From: Blasia pusilla
Lineage: Eukaryota
Reading direction: 5' to 3'
Assembly (NCBI GenBank): GCA_050084515.1
Contig: CM114271.1
Location: forward strand, 16,058,001 to 16,122,000
DNA length: 64,000 nucleotides
The notes under the pieces are model-generated. The model saw only the letters and a program-made list of their open reading frames with translations. It was not told the origin of the DNA and did no database searches. The translations under genes and the position numbers were made by a program. This document shows, in pieces, positions 1 through 14,603 of the stretch. Within the stretch, counting starts at the first letter, position 1. Each line of letters starts with the position of its first letter.

Positions 1-767
1 GGCTTCGCTGTATGAATCAGCACCGCATCTCGAACTCTCCTCCGTAGTTCTCGGTCCAGAACCCCATACCAATACTGGACTGAGTGCGCCTCAGTCACTC
101 CAAACGTAGCAATGATCAGCCTCCTCATGCATGTGAATGCCTCTCTCAGACTCTCACCCAGTCGTCGCTGAAAATCCTGTAGACTCTTCAACTTGTCAGT
201 GCGTACACCCTGGTAGCTCTTCCCCAACTGTCGGAAGAACTCCACTGAGGGGCTGAATCTGGGTGGCCCTCTACCACCAGAGGTCTCTGCCACATCGCCT
301 ATCTCAGTGCCCTCCTCTCCATCTAGTCTCCGGGCTGATGGTGTGGGTCTCTCTCCTCTCACAATCCCATCATATGCCTCGCGACCACTAGTGGACACAT
401 ACCCTAGAGCCCAATACATCCTCCAGGCATCAATCTCTACTGAATATAGTGATCGAAACTCCATGTAGTCATCCATCGGAGGACCCTCAAATCTTTGGAA
501 CAACCCCTTCCATGCCATGAAAGGGTTGAACCGTGTCGGGGTCCGTATCTCCTGGAAGTCGCACCATGTGTCGAACTCCTGGATAAAATCATCTAAGTCA
601 ATGGTGCCCACTGCACCCGAGAAACGACGCATGCGCCGATGGCCCATGTCGTCCATCTCCTGCCAAGTACTACTGTCTCTGTCTGTGATCTCGTCACCAG
701 ACCCAATGTCCAGTGATGACGATCCAGCCACGGATGGATGTCGAGGGAGCTTCTCACTGGTAACCCC
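1..767 (-). CDS. Retrotransposon Gag-like ORF (capsid-like), running off the left edge; probably a Ty3/Gypsy-type LTR element
   Basis: Absent from the ORF track because its stop lies outside the window. Manual translation is open from 767 to 1, first ATG at 656: MDDMGHRRMRRFSGAVGTIDLDDFIQEFDTWCDF...KLKSLQDFQRRLGESLREAFTCMRRLI...QYWYGVLDRELRRRVRD. The F-S-G...D-F-I-x-E-F and Q-x-x-x-G-E-S-L-x-E segments resemble retrotransposon Gag. Confidence 0.7.
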
Positions 768-1620
768 TCAGTATCTCACTCCACTTCGTGTCACACCACT
801 ACTACTGCTCGCACTACCCCGTTCTTCCGAACCCTGGACGAACGCCGTGATGACAAACCCTGTCTCACCCGCTCAAGCACTCAGACTCACCGAGAGTCTC
901 CCACATGCCTCACTAGCTCACATATGCTAACATCAATCCCGTGATGATATACCCGGCCTCACGCACACTCAACATTCGGGCTCACCATGAGCCTCCCAAC
1001 TGACTCACCTAACCTAGCGACACTCTCTCGGGTCATACACTCGACCCCTACTCGGCAATCGCCGTATATCCACCAACATGCTATACATGAAAAGAATCTA
1101 AACTCGTCACCATCACTACCCCCACCTAGCATCGGCTACTACCCGATACCCAACACTCTCAATCACACCCGACAAGTGCGGGAAAAGGGACTCGAATGGG
1201 TAACCTGATCACGCCCTCCAACCTGCTGCACTGTCAACATGCACTCCTCCACATGAGATGACAATCTCCGCAACACAACACTCTCCTCAACCTACACGTT
1301 GATCCTCCCGTCAACAGATGCGGACAACCCGTCGGCATCATGCACACTGCCCCTCCATCGTCAACTCTCACAACGCCCTGTCGCGCCCCAAAACATCATG
1401 TCACGCCTGCTGTCCAACTATGTTAGTCATTCACCACGTCGACATCCTCCCTACCATCACGTTCCCCATGCGCCACCGCGTTTGCCGGACCGACCTCGTC
1501 CGTCCTACCACGTTCGCTACAACTGCACACGGACCGAAGGGCGCTCTATAGAGTCAGAACTCAGAGCCTTTATGGCTCTGAGTTTCTGGAACTCCAGAGA
1601 CCTCGGACCCCCCTGCCGTG

Positions 1621-1679
1621 CCTACCCACCCGCCATTCCCCCTACCCACCCGCTATTCCCCCTACCTATCCGCTACCCT
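1621..1679. repeat. 20-bp tandem repeat x3 (cctacccacccgc[c/t]attccc), G-rich on the minus strand; probably in the retroelement 5' leader/LTR
   Basis: Copies read directly at 1621, 1641 and 1661. Confidence 0.8.
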
Positions 1680-2937
1680 GAGTCGGTCGGAGAGTTTTCT
1701 CCGGCATTCTTATAAATATCTGCCCTCTGGGTCGGATGTGGGAGCGATAATGCTGATGGATCGATATTTACCTCGCCACATCCATGTCCATGCTCCATGT
1801 TACTGCATGGGAGGCATGGGAATTTCCATGCCTATCATCCCCACATACCTGCATTCGATGTGTCACGAACGGGAGCCAATGCCTTGTTTGCCCGGTTAGT
1901 TAGGCATATAAGCACTTTGGGGCTCTAACAGGTCTGCGGATCCACCAATAAGGGTTTAGTACGATGAGGAAGTCGATCCACCACATCAAATATCTAACCA
2001 ATTACCTGACTTCAAACATAGACGGAGGAGATTGCCCCTTTGCAGTTTGTTGTGATCCGACAATACACATGACAAGACAGAATGCTTACCAACGTTGAGT
2101 CCTTTGTACACTCCCATTATACGACGTTAATGTCATAATGCCTTCCAGTGATGGTCGTATTGGAACATTGCAATTTCCGGCTTGTGTAGGTTTAGGGTTT
2201 AGTTTCACATGTTAGCCCGTGTGTTAGTTCGTGTGTTAGCCGGTGTGTTAGTCCCTTCCAGTGAGGCGGTCGTGTGTTAATCCCTTGCGGTGAGGCGAGC
2301 TCTGGTCGTGTTGGAATAGCAATCGAGTATCCATCCACATTCGGATGACGAATCTTCTGAACTGAAATTGCTCCGCGTAGTAAGAATTTTCACGAACTTT
2401 CATTTCCAAAGGGGTAGGAGTTCGATTGGAGCTGTTGAAGACACACTTCTCCGGGTACAATTTTACGGAGGGATTTGTATTGTGTGGCGTTGGTGCGACC
2501 GTGTTTGGTCCCTTTGCTTCTAGAGGAGGTAATTTATTGTCCGTCCCTACCTTTTCCAAGAAATCCGTCTGTTTCAATTGAGTGAATGGCTACTCAGGTG
2601 CGTATATTCCTTCAGTTCTTCACTACAATCATATTTTCCCTTTTGTCGTAGGTTCTTAGCAAGGGGCAGTGGCTTTCTTATTCGAATGTACTTGTTTATT
2701 GTGACTCTTTATTGTTTAATATTTGCCTCGTGACTTTTTACTGTTTACTGTTTTCCTTATGACTTTTTGTTGGGTCATTCCCATAATGCCTTCTATTACT
2801 GCCCCATAATGCCTTCTCTTATCGCTCACAGCAAAGATACTTATAGATCTAAGAGATTTCCCTCATTGATGCAAATCATTCTATGTGAGCCGAAGGATGA
2901 TTTTTTTTCTCCAAGCCGAGAAGAAAGATCTTAATTC

Positions 2938-4501
<1,564 letters not shown>

Positions 4502-4539
4502 TCACAAGTAAATAAAATTTTTGTTTTGTTTTGAATTCA

Positions 4540-7140
4540 ATGTGTCTCAAGAGTGATCTCTCCATGGCTACTTCAAATCCATATATGTCTCGAGTTGTGT
4601 GTGGTGTTGCTTTGGGGGAGAACACATATTGGAGATATTTGCATGATGGCATCAAGTGGATTTGCTTGGTTTGTAACCGCATGTTCTCTGCCAAAAGCAA
4701 GACAAAGTGTAACCAACACTTGATTAAAAAGCATCCAAGCCTTGAACAATGCTACTTAGTTCCATTGGAACATGCGGGTAGGCCTCCTATTGACCCTAGA
4801 AAGGGCCGTAAGAGGCAGATTAGTGATTCCCAAAGAGAGAAAGAGAAGTTGAAGAAATCTGGTGATGCAACTAAGCGAGAGGAAAAAATGAGAAGGGAGA
4901 AATTATATCGATTGCGCCAATTTCATTCAGAAAGATGGTTAGCAATTAAGGACCGTCCTAAGATCCCTCACTTGGGAAAGAAGCCACCCTTGTTAGCTTT
5001 GATGGAGTGTAATCTCCAACATTGCTTTGATAATTGGGACGAGCTCTTAAATAGCAATAAGTATGGGCATTGTCTTGTCAAAGTTCGTGAGTGTCAAACA
5101 AGCAATGGCATGATGGAGATGGTTGTGTTGGGATGCTTGGCTGCCATTGAGAAAGCAAGTGAGCCAACGTCTACAGACTTGATTGGGAGGGGCAAGCAAT
5201 ATTTTTTGCACCTTCACTTGGTGAAGAAACTATGGGGGGTGGTGGAGAAAAAAGGGGGTGTGCACTTGGATTTGCTTCCTTCATAATATTCTTATGAGAG
5301 AGATCAGCAAGTGAGGGAGACAATTGCTTGGATAGCGAGGAAGAAGCAAAACTTGATGGGATGACTAGAGAGAGATCAGAAAAAATACTCAAATTTCATG
5401 GCAAAGCAACAATATCAGGAATGGTTGGAGAAGAGGAATCTAGAGAAAGTGAAGGAGGTTTGTGAGGAAAGGGCATGTAGGTATGTGCCCAAAGAGAAGA
5501 TAGATGTAGACCTTCAATGGTCTAGGAAGAGTGGCAATCAATCTGGAGTTGGAGGTAGCTCCAATAACTCCTCTACCTCGTCCACTTCAACTTCAGATAA
5601 CTCTCAACACATCAGTGACTTTGAAGTTTTGCGCCCACGGAGGTCTTCTAGGGTAGTCGTTGATTGTGTTACACTGAGGAGTCCCATTGTGCTTGAGGAG
5701 GTGGGAGAGGACCATGATGTCCATATTGATGTTGAGGAGCCGAGACGAAGAGTGACGTGGACCAGATCCATGGGAGGAACCATTGCATCCGAGGAGACGT
5801 TACCCCAAGTCTTCAAAAGGCTCAAGAAGAGAGTAAGGCATGAGGTTAGTAGAAACTCCCCCAAAATGCCTACAAAGATCCCTACTTCATTGGAGGTACA
5901 TGAAGATCATGTAGGAGACCCATCAGTGGAACCTACAGTTTGCGTCATGGAAGGCATTCCATCAACTATAAGCACAGATCCTCACACTGATGTGTGTGGG
6001 GTTACAATAGAGAGTGCTGATACCTCACCACAAAGGAAAAATCGAGATTTGAGTTCTTTCAACAATAGTTCATGTCATGGAGATAGAGATTTTGTTGGCG
6101 GAAGTCCTATCTCACACACAGGGGTTATTCAAACTCCTATCTCAACCATCTCCATACAAGGTGGTTTGGATCCCATTAATGTAGGAAATTTGGATGTTGG
6201 GACCATCCCTATGGCAGTGGAGGTTTCCTCTGAAGGTACACCATCTGAAGAACTCCCATGTATTCCACCCACTAATGAACTTGTTGGAGATGACTGTCAA
6301 AATTTGGAAGGCATTCTGACAAATGGATCCCCAATAGGCAGCTTGAAAGAGGATAGTGCAAAGCTCTTGGATCACTTGGGAGAGACAACTTATGTTGTTG
6401 AACTTTGTGACATAGATGTTGGTACATCTGAGTCTTTACATTTTGTGGATTCATTGTGTGAAATTGTGGATAGTGTAAACCATCATATCACGAAGATTCC
6501 TCTTGAGCATGGTTTTATTACACCAGTGAATACACATTCGGATTCTCTTAAGAATTCCAGTATAATAGGTGAGGATTGTGATCCTTATATTGATTGTGTG
6601 AGAGAGGGACCTTCTTCTCATAACCTTCTTGCTTTGAAAAAGAACCTGTTGAAAGTTGCATCCTCATATGGAGCGAGGAAGAGAAATGTCTCAGTGCACG
6701 AAGAAGTGGATGATTCTACAAGAGGGGGGGTTTCAACTCAAGTGGAAGATATAGATCCCATATCTGACACCCAGATATTAAGGGATCTAAATAAGGTTAA
6801 TGATGAATGGGCCATACCTCCATCTGTAACCCAAGTAGCAGATGCAGTAGAATACGAGAAGATGGAGGATGAGCTACCAAGTGCATCCTAACTCCATGTT
6901 ACTCAGGTCATGGCTGAGACAAACACAAAACTTCTTATGGATGAAAGTTTGAAAAGGTCTAAGAGCACCCAACGACATACTGGATTATCTCCCACCATGG
7001 AGGAGAGTAGAGATCAAGGCAAGTCAAGATCTGAAGTTCTTGAAGACATGTTGGCTACCCCCTTCCCCCCCACTCGGCGAGCAAAGAAGAAAAATAAATA
7101 TGGACAATCAAATGCAGGGCAGAAACGGAGAAGACATTGA
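4540..7140 (+). pseudogene. Accessory gene of MULE A: N-terminal C2H2/BED-like zinc finger, basic patch and long S/E/D-rich low-complexity tail
   Basis: WICLVCNRMFSAKSKTKCNQHLIKKH (finger 4663-4734), then GRPP and RKGRKRQ. ORFs 4531-5286, 5398-6891 and 6910-7140 are consecutive. The last two are in frame across one TAA; frameshift(s) near 5250-5400. Confidence 0.5.
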
Positions 7141-8175
7141 GGTACCATTTGATTCAGTTTTTTCAGCTCTTTCAATCATTTAGCGTTTTAAGTTTATTCC
7201 TATTGTGGATATTATATATGAAATTGGCAGAGCTAGTTATACAAAATTTAAAGATGATGAATGGATGTGGTTTTGTGTTCTCAAGTGGAGGTGGATTGTT
7301 GGTTGAGGAGCCACATTTGAATTGTTTTTCTTGTAGTATAAAAAGTTATCATAGAAGATAGCTTGCAGATGTAGCCATCAGAGAAATGAATGAGGTTGTT
7401 TTCTCAAGAAGAACTTTGCTGTTTGGACATCCAATATGTTCAAAAGAATAACCAGTTCATGATTTTGGCCACAAGGATAGACTATAAATATGTTTTCTTT
7501 TTCCCTTTTAGATATGGCGGCTTAGTGTAGTCTCTTTTCCTCTTGACAACTTTAGAGTTTGGGCCTACTTTCAGAAGTTGAAAAAAAAAATCTTCCTGTT
7601 GTTTCTCATGTGGTCCAAATCGCTATACGTTGTGGAAGACACTCATATTGGTGAATACCATAGAGAAGATATGCTTTAAGAGGTTCCTTTATAGGGAAAT
7701 GTTCACCTACATATTCTTTTGGGCAACTTTCTTCTCGCTATACACCTATATGTGTGAACAAGTGTCTATGTTTTCATATGTGGCATATGAATACTTGTTA
7801 TAAGTATTTGACAAAGTTTGCACATCTCCAAAGCAAAGACATGAGTGCATGATATATCAATTCATGATATACTTACTTGGCTTTGGTACACAACATTATA
7901 AGTGCAAAGACATTTTACTTTGAATATTAGTACTCAATGAACATAAGAAGAATAGCATGTTCCCTTGTATTGCTCAACCACGGTTGATGGAAGGTATTCC
8001 ACACTTTATTTTGAGTAGATGTGACACCAATAAGTCTTCCTTTCATGACCTCTTCCATTATTTCAGTAAGATATTCAGGAAATCCTTTCATTTCTTCTTG
8101 CTGTGTCTTCATTTTTACTAGACAATATAACACAATGTGTTCTTAAATAAATGGAGATTTCCCTTTGTATGCATA

Positions 8176-8822
8176 TTGGAAGGCATTCTGGAATTCTATC
8201 ACCTACAAAGAGGGAAATTATGACTTAAGTTCTACCATGTGTTTAGTGTGGATGGTGTGTTGCTTTGATCCTTTCTTCCTCCTTCTGTTGGATTTAGAAT
8301 TATCTCTGTCATAATATAACTTGCTATTGGGAAATACTCACTTTCCGTAATTTTATTCTCTTACCATGTTAATCACTGTGGCCTTTGTGTCCATTACGGA
8401 AGGCATTCTAGCAAATAGTAAACTTCCAAACATTACACAATGACTTAAGTTCTATCATGTGTTTAGTGTGGATGGTGTGTTGCTTTGATCCTTTCTTCCT
8501 CCTTCTGTTGGATTTAGAATTATCTCTGTCATAATATAACTTGCTATTGGGAAGTGCTCACTTTTCATAATTTTATTCTCTTATCATGTTAATCACTGTG
8601 GCCTCTGTGTCCATTACGGAAGGCATTCTAGCAAACAGTAAACTTCCAAACATTAAACAATGACTTAAGTTCTACCACATGTTTAGTATGTATGATATGT
8701 TGCTTTGATCCTTTCTTCCTTCTTCTGTTGGATTCAGAATTATCTCTATCATGATATAACTTGCTATTGGGAAATGCTCACTTTCCATAATTTTTTCTCT
8801 TACGGTGTTAATCATTTTGGCC
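8176..8822. repeat. Tandem array, 220-bp unit, ~3 copies, directly upstream of the MULE A transposase
   Basis: atgacttaagttctac/tc at 8220, 8440 and 8660; ggaaggcattct at 8178, 8398 and 8618. Confidence 0.95.
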
Positions 8823-8842
8823 CATGATCAATTACTTTGCAG

Positions 8843-11800
8843 GATAACATGGACATAAATATATCTCCCAACCCTCTATTGGAACCTCCTGATCGGATGG
8901 ACCATATACATGTGCATCAAAGTGCTTTAACCAAAAGAGTCTTGGCCATGCGGAGGATACAAATTGGACTTGCCGACAGGACCAATATCAGCATTGCGCT
9001 TACACTAGGATATTCACAATATTGCGTTTATTCCTTGGGAAAGACTGCAAGATTTCATTGAAGGCGAGGGTGATGGAGATGGGATGAATGCCACGAATTT
9101 CTGGAAAGGAACGTCAAGATGTTTGAAAGATGCAGGAGAGATCGAACAAGTGGATCCATCATACATTTTTTATTTCTGTGCTTATGGCCCGCAAGACTAC
9201 CGACATAAAAAACAACTAGCCATAAATATGTAAATATAGTAAACTCTCTATATTCTTTTTTTTTTCTCTTCTCATGTCATGGTTTGATTGTAAGTTATAT
9301 TTCTTCTCGTGTCTTTCTCATTAAACTAATCTTAATTCTTGTATAATTTAGTTCATAATCCTCATCTCCCAAAAGACATGTCAAAATGCCTTCCATATGT
9401 TGCATGTAGAATTTTAAAACATGTGGTAACAGCCCATTGAATAACTTTTAACATTGGACATACCACTGGATCTTACAGGTAAAAAATTCCTAAGACTGGT
9501 GCTGGAAGTAGGCCACGTGGCCAGAAGATCATTCGAGGGGAAAGTTTGAAACGTGGATGTCAATGTCGCTTTTCTGTTTCAGAGTTGAGGGATCCTGTTC
9601 ATGGTGCAAAGATTGTTTACAAGCACAGGCTACATATCGACAAGGAAGGGAAGCCATGTCACGGTTCACACAATCCGACATGCCAGGACACGCCAAAGAT
9701 GAATGCCCCAAGAATATCATACAATCTGAGATTGTATATTAAAGAGAGGCTTCGTCTTGGGGTGAAGCCCCACCAGATTTTGTCGGAGCATGGTATCACA
9801 TTGAAGATGCGATCTGAGATGGATCCAAATTTTGAAGAAAGCATGAAGAGAGATGAATTCTTGCGAATGCATAATATCCTCAATGTGAAGAAAGAGCTAA
9901 ATATGGAGACCTTTCAATATTGTATGGGTGAAAATGAATCATTGAGACATTTTGTCACCCTTTATCCGGACAAGGTGTTCTTTTATGAACCATATATAGA
10001 GAGTGCGAGGCCCTTCATCTTAGGCTTCCAAAGCCAATGGCAATTGCAAACATTGGTCAAGCTTGGACACAATAGTGTATTAAGTATGGACAGTACATTT
10101 GGAACGAATCGAAGCAAGGTAAGTTCACTACATGTTATCATGGTGTTTTGAAAAAAAATGTGCATCACTTATTGGTTAAGCAAAGTCTCAAACATTGTGG
10201 TAATGGTTTGTTGGGTGTGTGGATTGTATGAGTGCAGTTCCCATTATACACTATTTTGGTATTTGATGAGCATCATACCGGGATACCAGTGGCATGGGTT
10301 TTGACAAGTAGCTCAAAAGAGGTACATTTGGTTAGGTGGATGAAGGCAATGGTCGGGAAATGTAAGACAATCCAATGAATTGGGAGCCAAATGCAGTCAT
10401 TGTGGATGATGCAAATGCAGAGAAAAATGCCTTGAGGTTTGTCCATCCACTTCCTATCCATATTGTATCTTGTTATAAATAAGCAACTGAATTCTACTAT
10501 TTTGACCACATTTACAATTTTGGCATCCACCATGCAGAAATGGAAGGCATTATAGCCATGCAAATTCAATGACGTTATCTATTTTTCATTCCATGTAGAG
10601 AGACATTTGGAGGTGTAAACATCATTTTGTGCCTTTGGCATGTACGACACGATTGGTTGAAGCAATTGAAGCGCAAGGTCCACCGCCCCATTTTAAGAGC
10701 ACAAATGTCATGACGTCTTGGAGAAATAATGTATGTCAATCGTTGTGGTATCTACACGAGAGGTGATGTCTTATATGATGCAAGAAATGCCTTGCAACAG
10801 TTCTATGCAGACTTCAGCAGAGAATTTGCTTTTGTGAATTACGTCCAGACTTATTGGGAGCCCAAACTAGGCAAGTTCATTGAACCTCTCATGTCTCTTG
10901 GATTTTCCCACCACTGGATCTTTAGGTTATGTAATTTACATTAAATATGTGGTGACTCTTGCTGGTTTTTTCTGCAGAAAAGTGGGTTAGAGCAGCTAGG
11001 GACTACCCTCATGCAAACCAAGACACGAATGCTGCTATTGAAGCTTATCAAGGAAGCATGAAAGCAGTACTAAATGATGATAACAAGAGTTTGGCTCGAA
11101 GAAGCGGTGACTACCTTGTGTGGAAGCTCCTCGAGTCCATTGAAGCATGTTATTTCCATATACAACTCTTAAAAAAGAAAGGCTTTGTGCAAAATGCAAC
11201 ACAGGAGCAATATATCAACAATGCAGTTCTAAAAGGAAAAGCTATCGCGGCCAGTGACGTTGTACTCACTCAAACGAGGGATAATATACGCATGGCACGA
11301 GTAAAGAGCCAGACAGTTTTCAATAAGTGGTATGAAGTCTTCAATTATGACACTGAGTGGGGACATTGTGAGTGTCCATGGTCTCTTAAGGGTAATATTT
11401 GTAAGCATATGGTAAGTTTCACTTGATGATTATTCCATGAAGTAATATCCTTTGCTCTTTAATGGTTCAGAAGAAAATATGAATTATGAAGTAGAAACCG
11501 ACTGAATGTGGAAGTGGAAAATAGATTGCTGCTTTGTTGCATGAAAGCTTTGATGGGGCCGATTTGGTGAGGGTATTAGGAACAAGATTGGGTACGACAC
11601 AAGGAGGAATATGCCATCTACAAATGGTGAGGATCGAATCAGACACTACCTTACGTCCATCATTGGCAAACACCTTGGATCTCAATGAATTACCAGCAAC
11701 AGAAGCAGGTATCTTCTCATGTCAATGAATTCATACTTAGATATTTCCTTGTTGTTGAGGTGTCTTATTTGTTTATCACATATCCTTTTTTAAGTTATGG

Positions 11801-12406
11801 CTACTATGTGGTATGTTTCAGAAGGCATTCTAGATGAAGATAGCACCATATTTTCTTCATATATGGAAGATGGATATATGGGCACGCTTCCGCACCATCC
11901 ACCAATTGCGGAAAGATCTCCATCGATGTTAATGGGAATACAAGAGAGTTCTAATAGAATTCTTCCAAGTCCATCTCCCTCTATGGAGCAGATGGTCATT
12001 ACTATGGACAAGTTATACAGTGAACTACGCACTAATTGTGGAGGAAACCTGCAATTTTTTACATTAGTATGTAAGATGTTGAGAGAAACCAATGGTAGAA
12101 TAGAGACAGCAAAAGTGACTCTCAACAATGGCTTAACACTGCAACTAGGAAATCCGTTTCAGATTTACAGAGATGGATTCATCAATAACAACTACATCAA
12201 ACGAGTGAAGTCTAGCGTTGAACGATGGTCACAACCTTCTAGAAGAAGTACCCAAATTGCAAGTAGAAGTTCTTAAATAGATGAGGTCAATAGTTCCTTT
12301 TTGCCATGTTTTCCAAAGCCAAAACCCAAGAAGAGAAATTTGGGTCCACAAGAGGAACTAGACAGAGATGCTGCTATATTCCAGAAAAATAATTCAGAAA
12401 ATAGAG
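8843..12406 (+). pseudogene. Spliced Mutator-like DDE transposase with SWIM zinc finger (MULE A), inactivated
   Basis: Motifs in order: AFIPWERLQDFIEGE and FCAYGPQDYR (~9020-9205), KRGCQCRF, MDSTFGTN (D1), FPLYTILVFD..GIPVAW, VIVDDA (D2), LCLWH (CxxH), HANQDTNAAIEA (E), CECPWSLKGNICKH (SWIM). GT-AG introns, e.g. 10119-10237. Frameshift near 10375 and TGA at 10711. Confidence 0.9.
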
Positions 12407-13169
12407 GTATGAATGTCCATATATGAATGAACTTTATTTTCAGATCTCACCGTATACAGTATGTTTTTGGTGATATCATTGGAGATTTTGAATAAGGATG
12501 CAATCCTTCATCCTCCAATACATTTTGATCAATGCAAAATCCTTGATACAGTTTCTACCATGTGGTATGGTGTTTATTAATATTTCATTGATTGTGATTC
12601 TATCAAAAGACCATGGATTCCCGTTAGACTTGCGTTCATTGAAAAAATGAACAACTCTTTAACTCTGAGTACTAGCTTCCATGTGTGGTAATGAATAAAC
12701 ATACCAGAATGCTTGCCACAAATACAATCGGAAGGCATTCTATCACACTACTATGCGACCCCAAGTGTCAACTTGTGCGCGCGCCTGCGCGACGCCCTAG
12801 TGTTTCTTCCCTTCAGACCTGAACTATGTTTCCAAACTTTTAGGAGCCGCCGCGGACCCCTCTATGCCCACATGGATGTGATTCAGGATTGTAGGATGCA
12901 CATAATGAGGCAAGTCATTATGGTTGGATTCTATGGCGTTTAAGAAGTGTGCGCGAGAATGATAGAGAGATTTCTTACCACTGACTATCGAAATTGTGAA
13001 AGCAATCTCATTCTTAAATGTTTCCTTGTGGGCATTGCAATACAGGGATTTGCATATGACAGCAAGAGAGTTTGTTTAGAGGGCACCTACAATCTGGAGA
13101 AGTGGCTATTCGGTGGCATCACAACTATGCATCAAGAGCCATCGAGAGTATTCAGTCTTCTAAGATTTT

Positions 13170-13808
13170 ATGCCCATGGAAAGTTCAGATGTTGGAAGGA
13201 AGAGAAGCCGAAAAGAAAGCTTGGAATTTCGGAAGAGAACTCCACGGGATGTAAGCCACAAAGAAGGCGAAACAAGTGTGATATCGGTCAAAGGGAGTGG
13301 GAAACACTCGCGAAGGTCCAAGGATAGTAGTTCCAAATGTCCATTGTATGCAACAGGTGCATCTTTGTTGGACATGAATAAGCACTTTGGCGAGACTGTC
13401 ATCAAGGTTTTTATGGGCCGTGTAGGGAAGGGTACAACCAATTCTGAGCAGAAAATGTTGGCTAAGTTTTTGGCTTTATCAAATAGCTTGAAAGCAATCT
13501 CAAATGTTTGCAATAGTATGGATTCAATCGTGAATGAATTGCAGACCTCATTCAACACGCTGCAGGTTCTTCTCCATCAACTTCAAAGTATGCCTCTTGA
13601 GGAAAATTTTCATGGCTTTCCTGAGGTTGTACAAAAATTTGTTTGCAAAGGACATTCCATGATGGAACAGATGGACGTTTTAGGATTGATGGTAGCGAAA
13701 AACGATGTTTTGCGGTATTTAGATGATAACAGGAGTGCATGGGAATTCTTGCACGCTCAAATCACATTGGATCTTTTGCCAAAAAAGTTGAGGGAGCTTA
13801 TCCATTGA
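13170..13808 (+). CDS. Hypothetical 212-aa protein with basic NLS-like N-terminus and helical C-terminus; probable further MULE A cargo
   Basis: Uninterrupted ATG-to-stop ORF with protein-like composition (RKRSRK, RKRTPR). No family recognised. Confidence 0.4.
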   Translation: MPMESSDVGRKRSRKESLEFRKRTPRDVSHKEGETSVISVKGSGKHSRRSKDSSSKCPLYATGASLLDMNKHFGETVIKVFMGRVGKGTTNSEQKMLAKFLALSNSLKAISNVCNSMDSIVNELQTSFNTLQVLLHQLQSMPLEENFHGFPEVVQKFVCKGHSMMEQMDVLGLMVAKNDVLRYLDDNRSAWEFLHAQITLDLLPKKLRELIH

Positions 13809-14603
13809 AACTCTTCATTCAAATATAAAGGAAGACATGAGAGTTAAGTATGACCATGACCCATGGAAATTTGTTTTTCTGTTATAAGAAAGTTTTTTTT
13901 TCTGTTATAATAAAGTCTTACTTCACTTATTTGGATTCATTATTGTTAAGGTTGGTCCATAATTGTGAGTAGCAGGCATGGAGTAATTGCTCATGGATAG
14001 TAACATGGATTTTCTTTGTGTTTTGTTCTAGTAACATGAAGGAAATAAATTTGTCAGGCATTGTTATATAATATTATACAATATTGCTGGAATGCGACCC
14101 TTGTCATTCTGAAAGACAAATCGCAAGAGTTTTGTTGGTTGATAATTTTTAGAATGCTTTCCATCTACATATTGTATAATACAACCAATTCAGAAAGCTA
14201 GAATGCTTTCAATATTCTCCGTCTTACTCTTCAATCCCTTCGCACCCTTTTTGGTTTGTAACAGTGGATACCCACTTCGGTATAAGTACTCCAAATAAGA
14301 CTATGGTTGATAGTAGAATGCTTCTTGTAAGGCCCTTCTAAGGTAGTATATGGGAAAGGGAAGAAACCTTTCTATTTGCCAGCAAATAACAATAATATAT
14401 GAACGTTAGCTTTTGAAACATAACATATTTTATTTGAAAAAAATCCTTCCATAATGATCATATGGGCAAGGTGGAATGCTTTTCATTTTCTTCCAAATAA
14501 TGTTCAGACACGGTTGTATGAAGCAGTTATGATAACAATAAAAAATTGGATGTTCCAAAAATGAAAAAGAATATGCCTTTCTTTTTGTATCCCCAGAAAA
14601 GTT

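Noticed and set aside
517-930. Plus-strand ORFs at the left edge
   Set aside because: They are antisense shadows of the minus-strand Gag frame.
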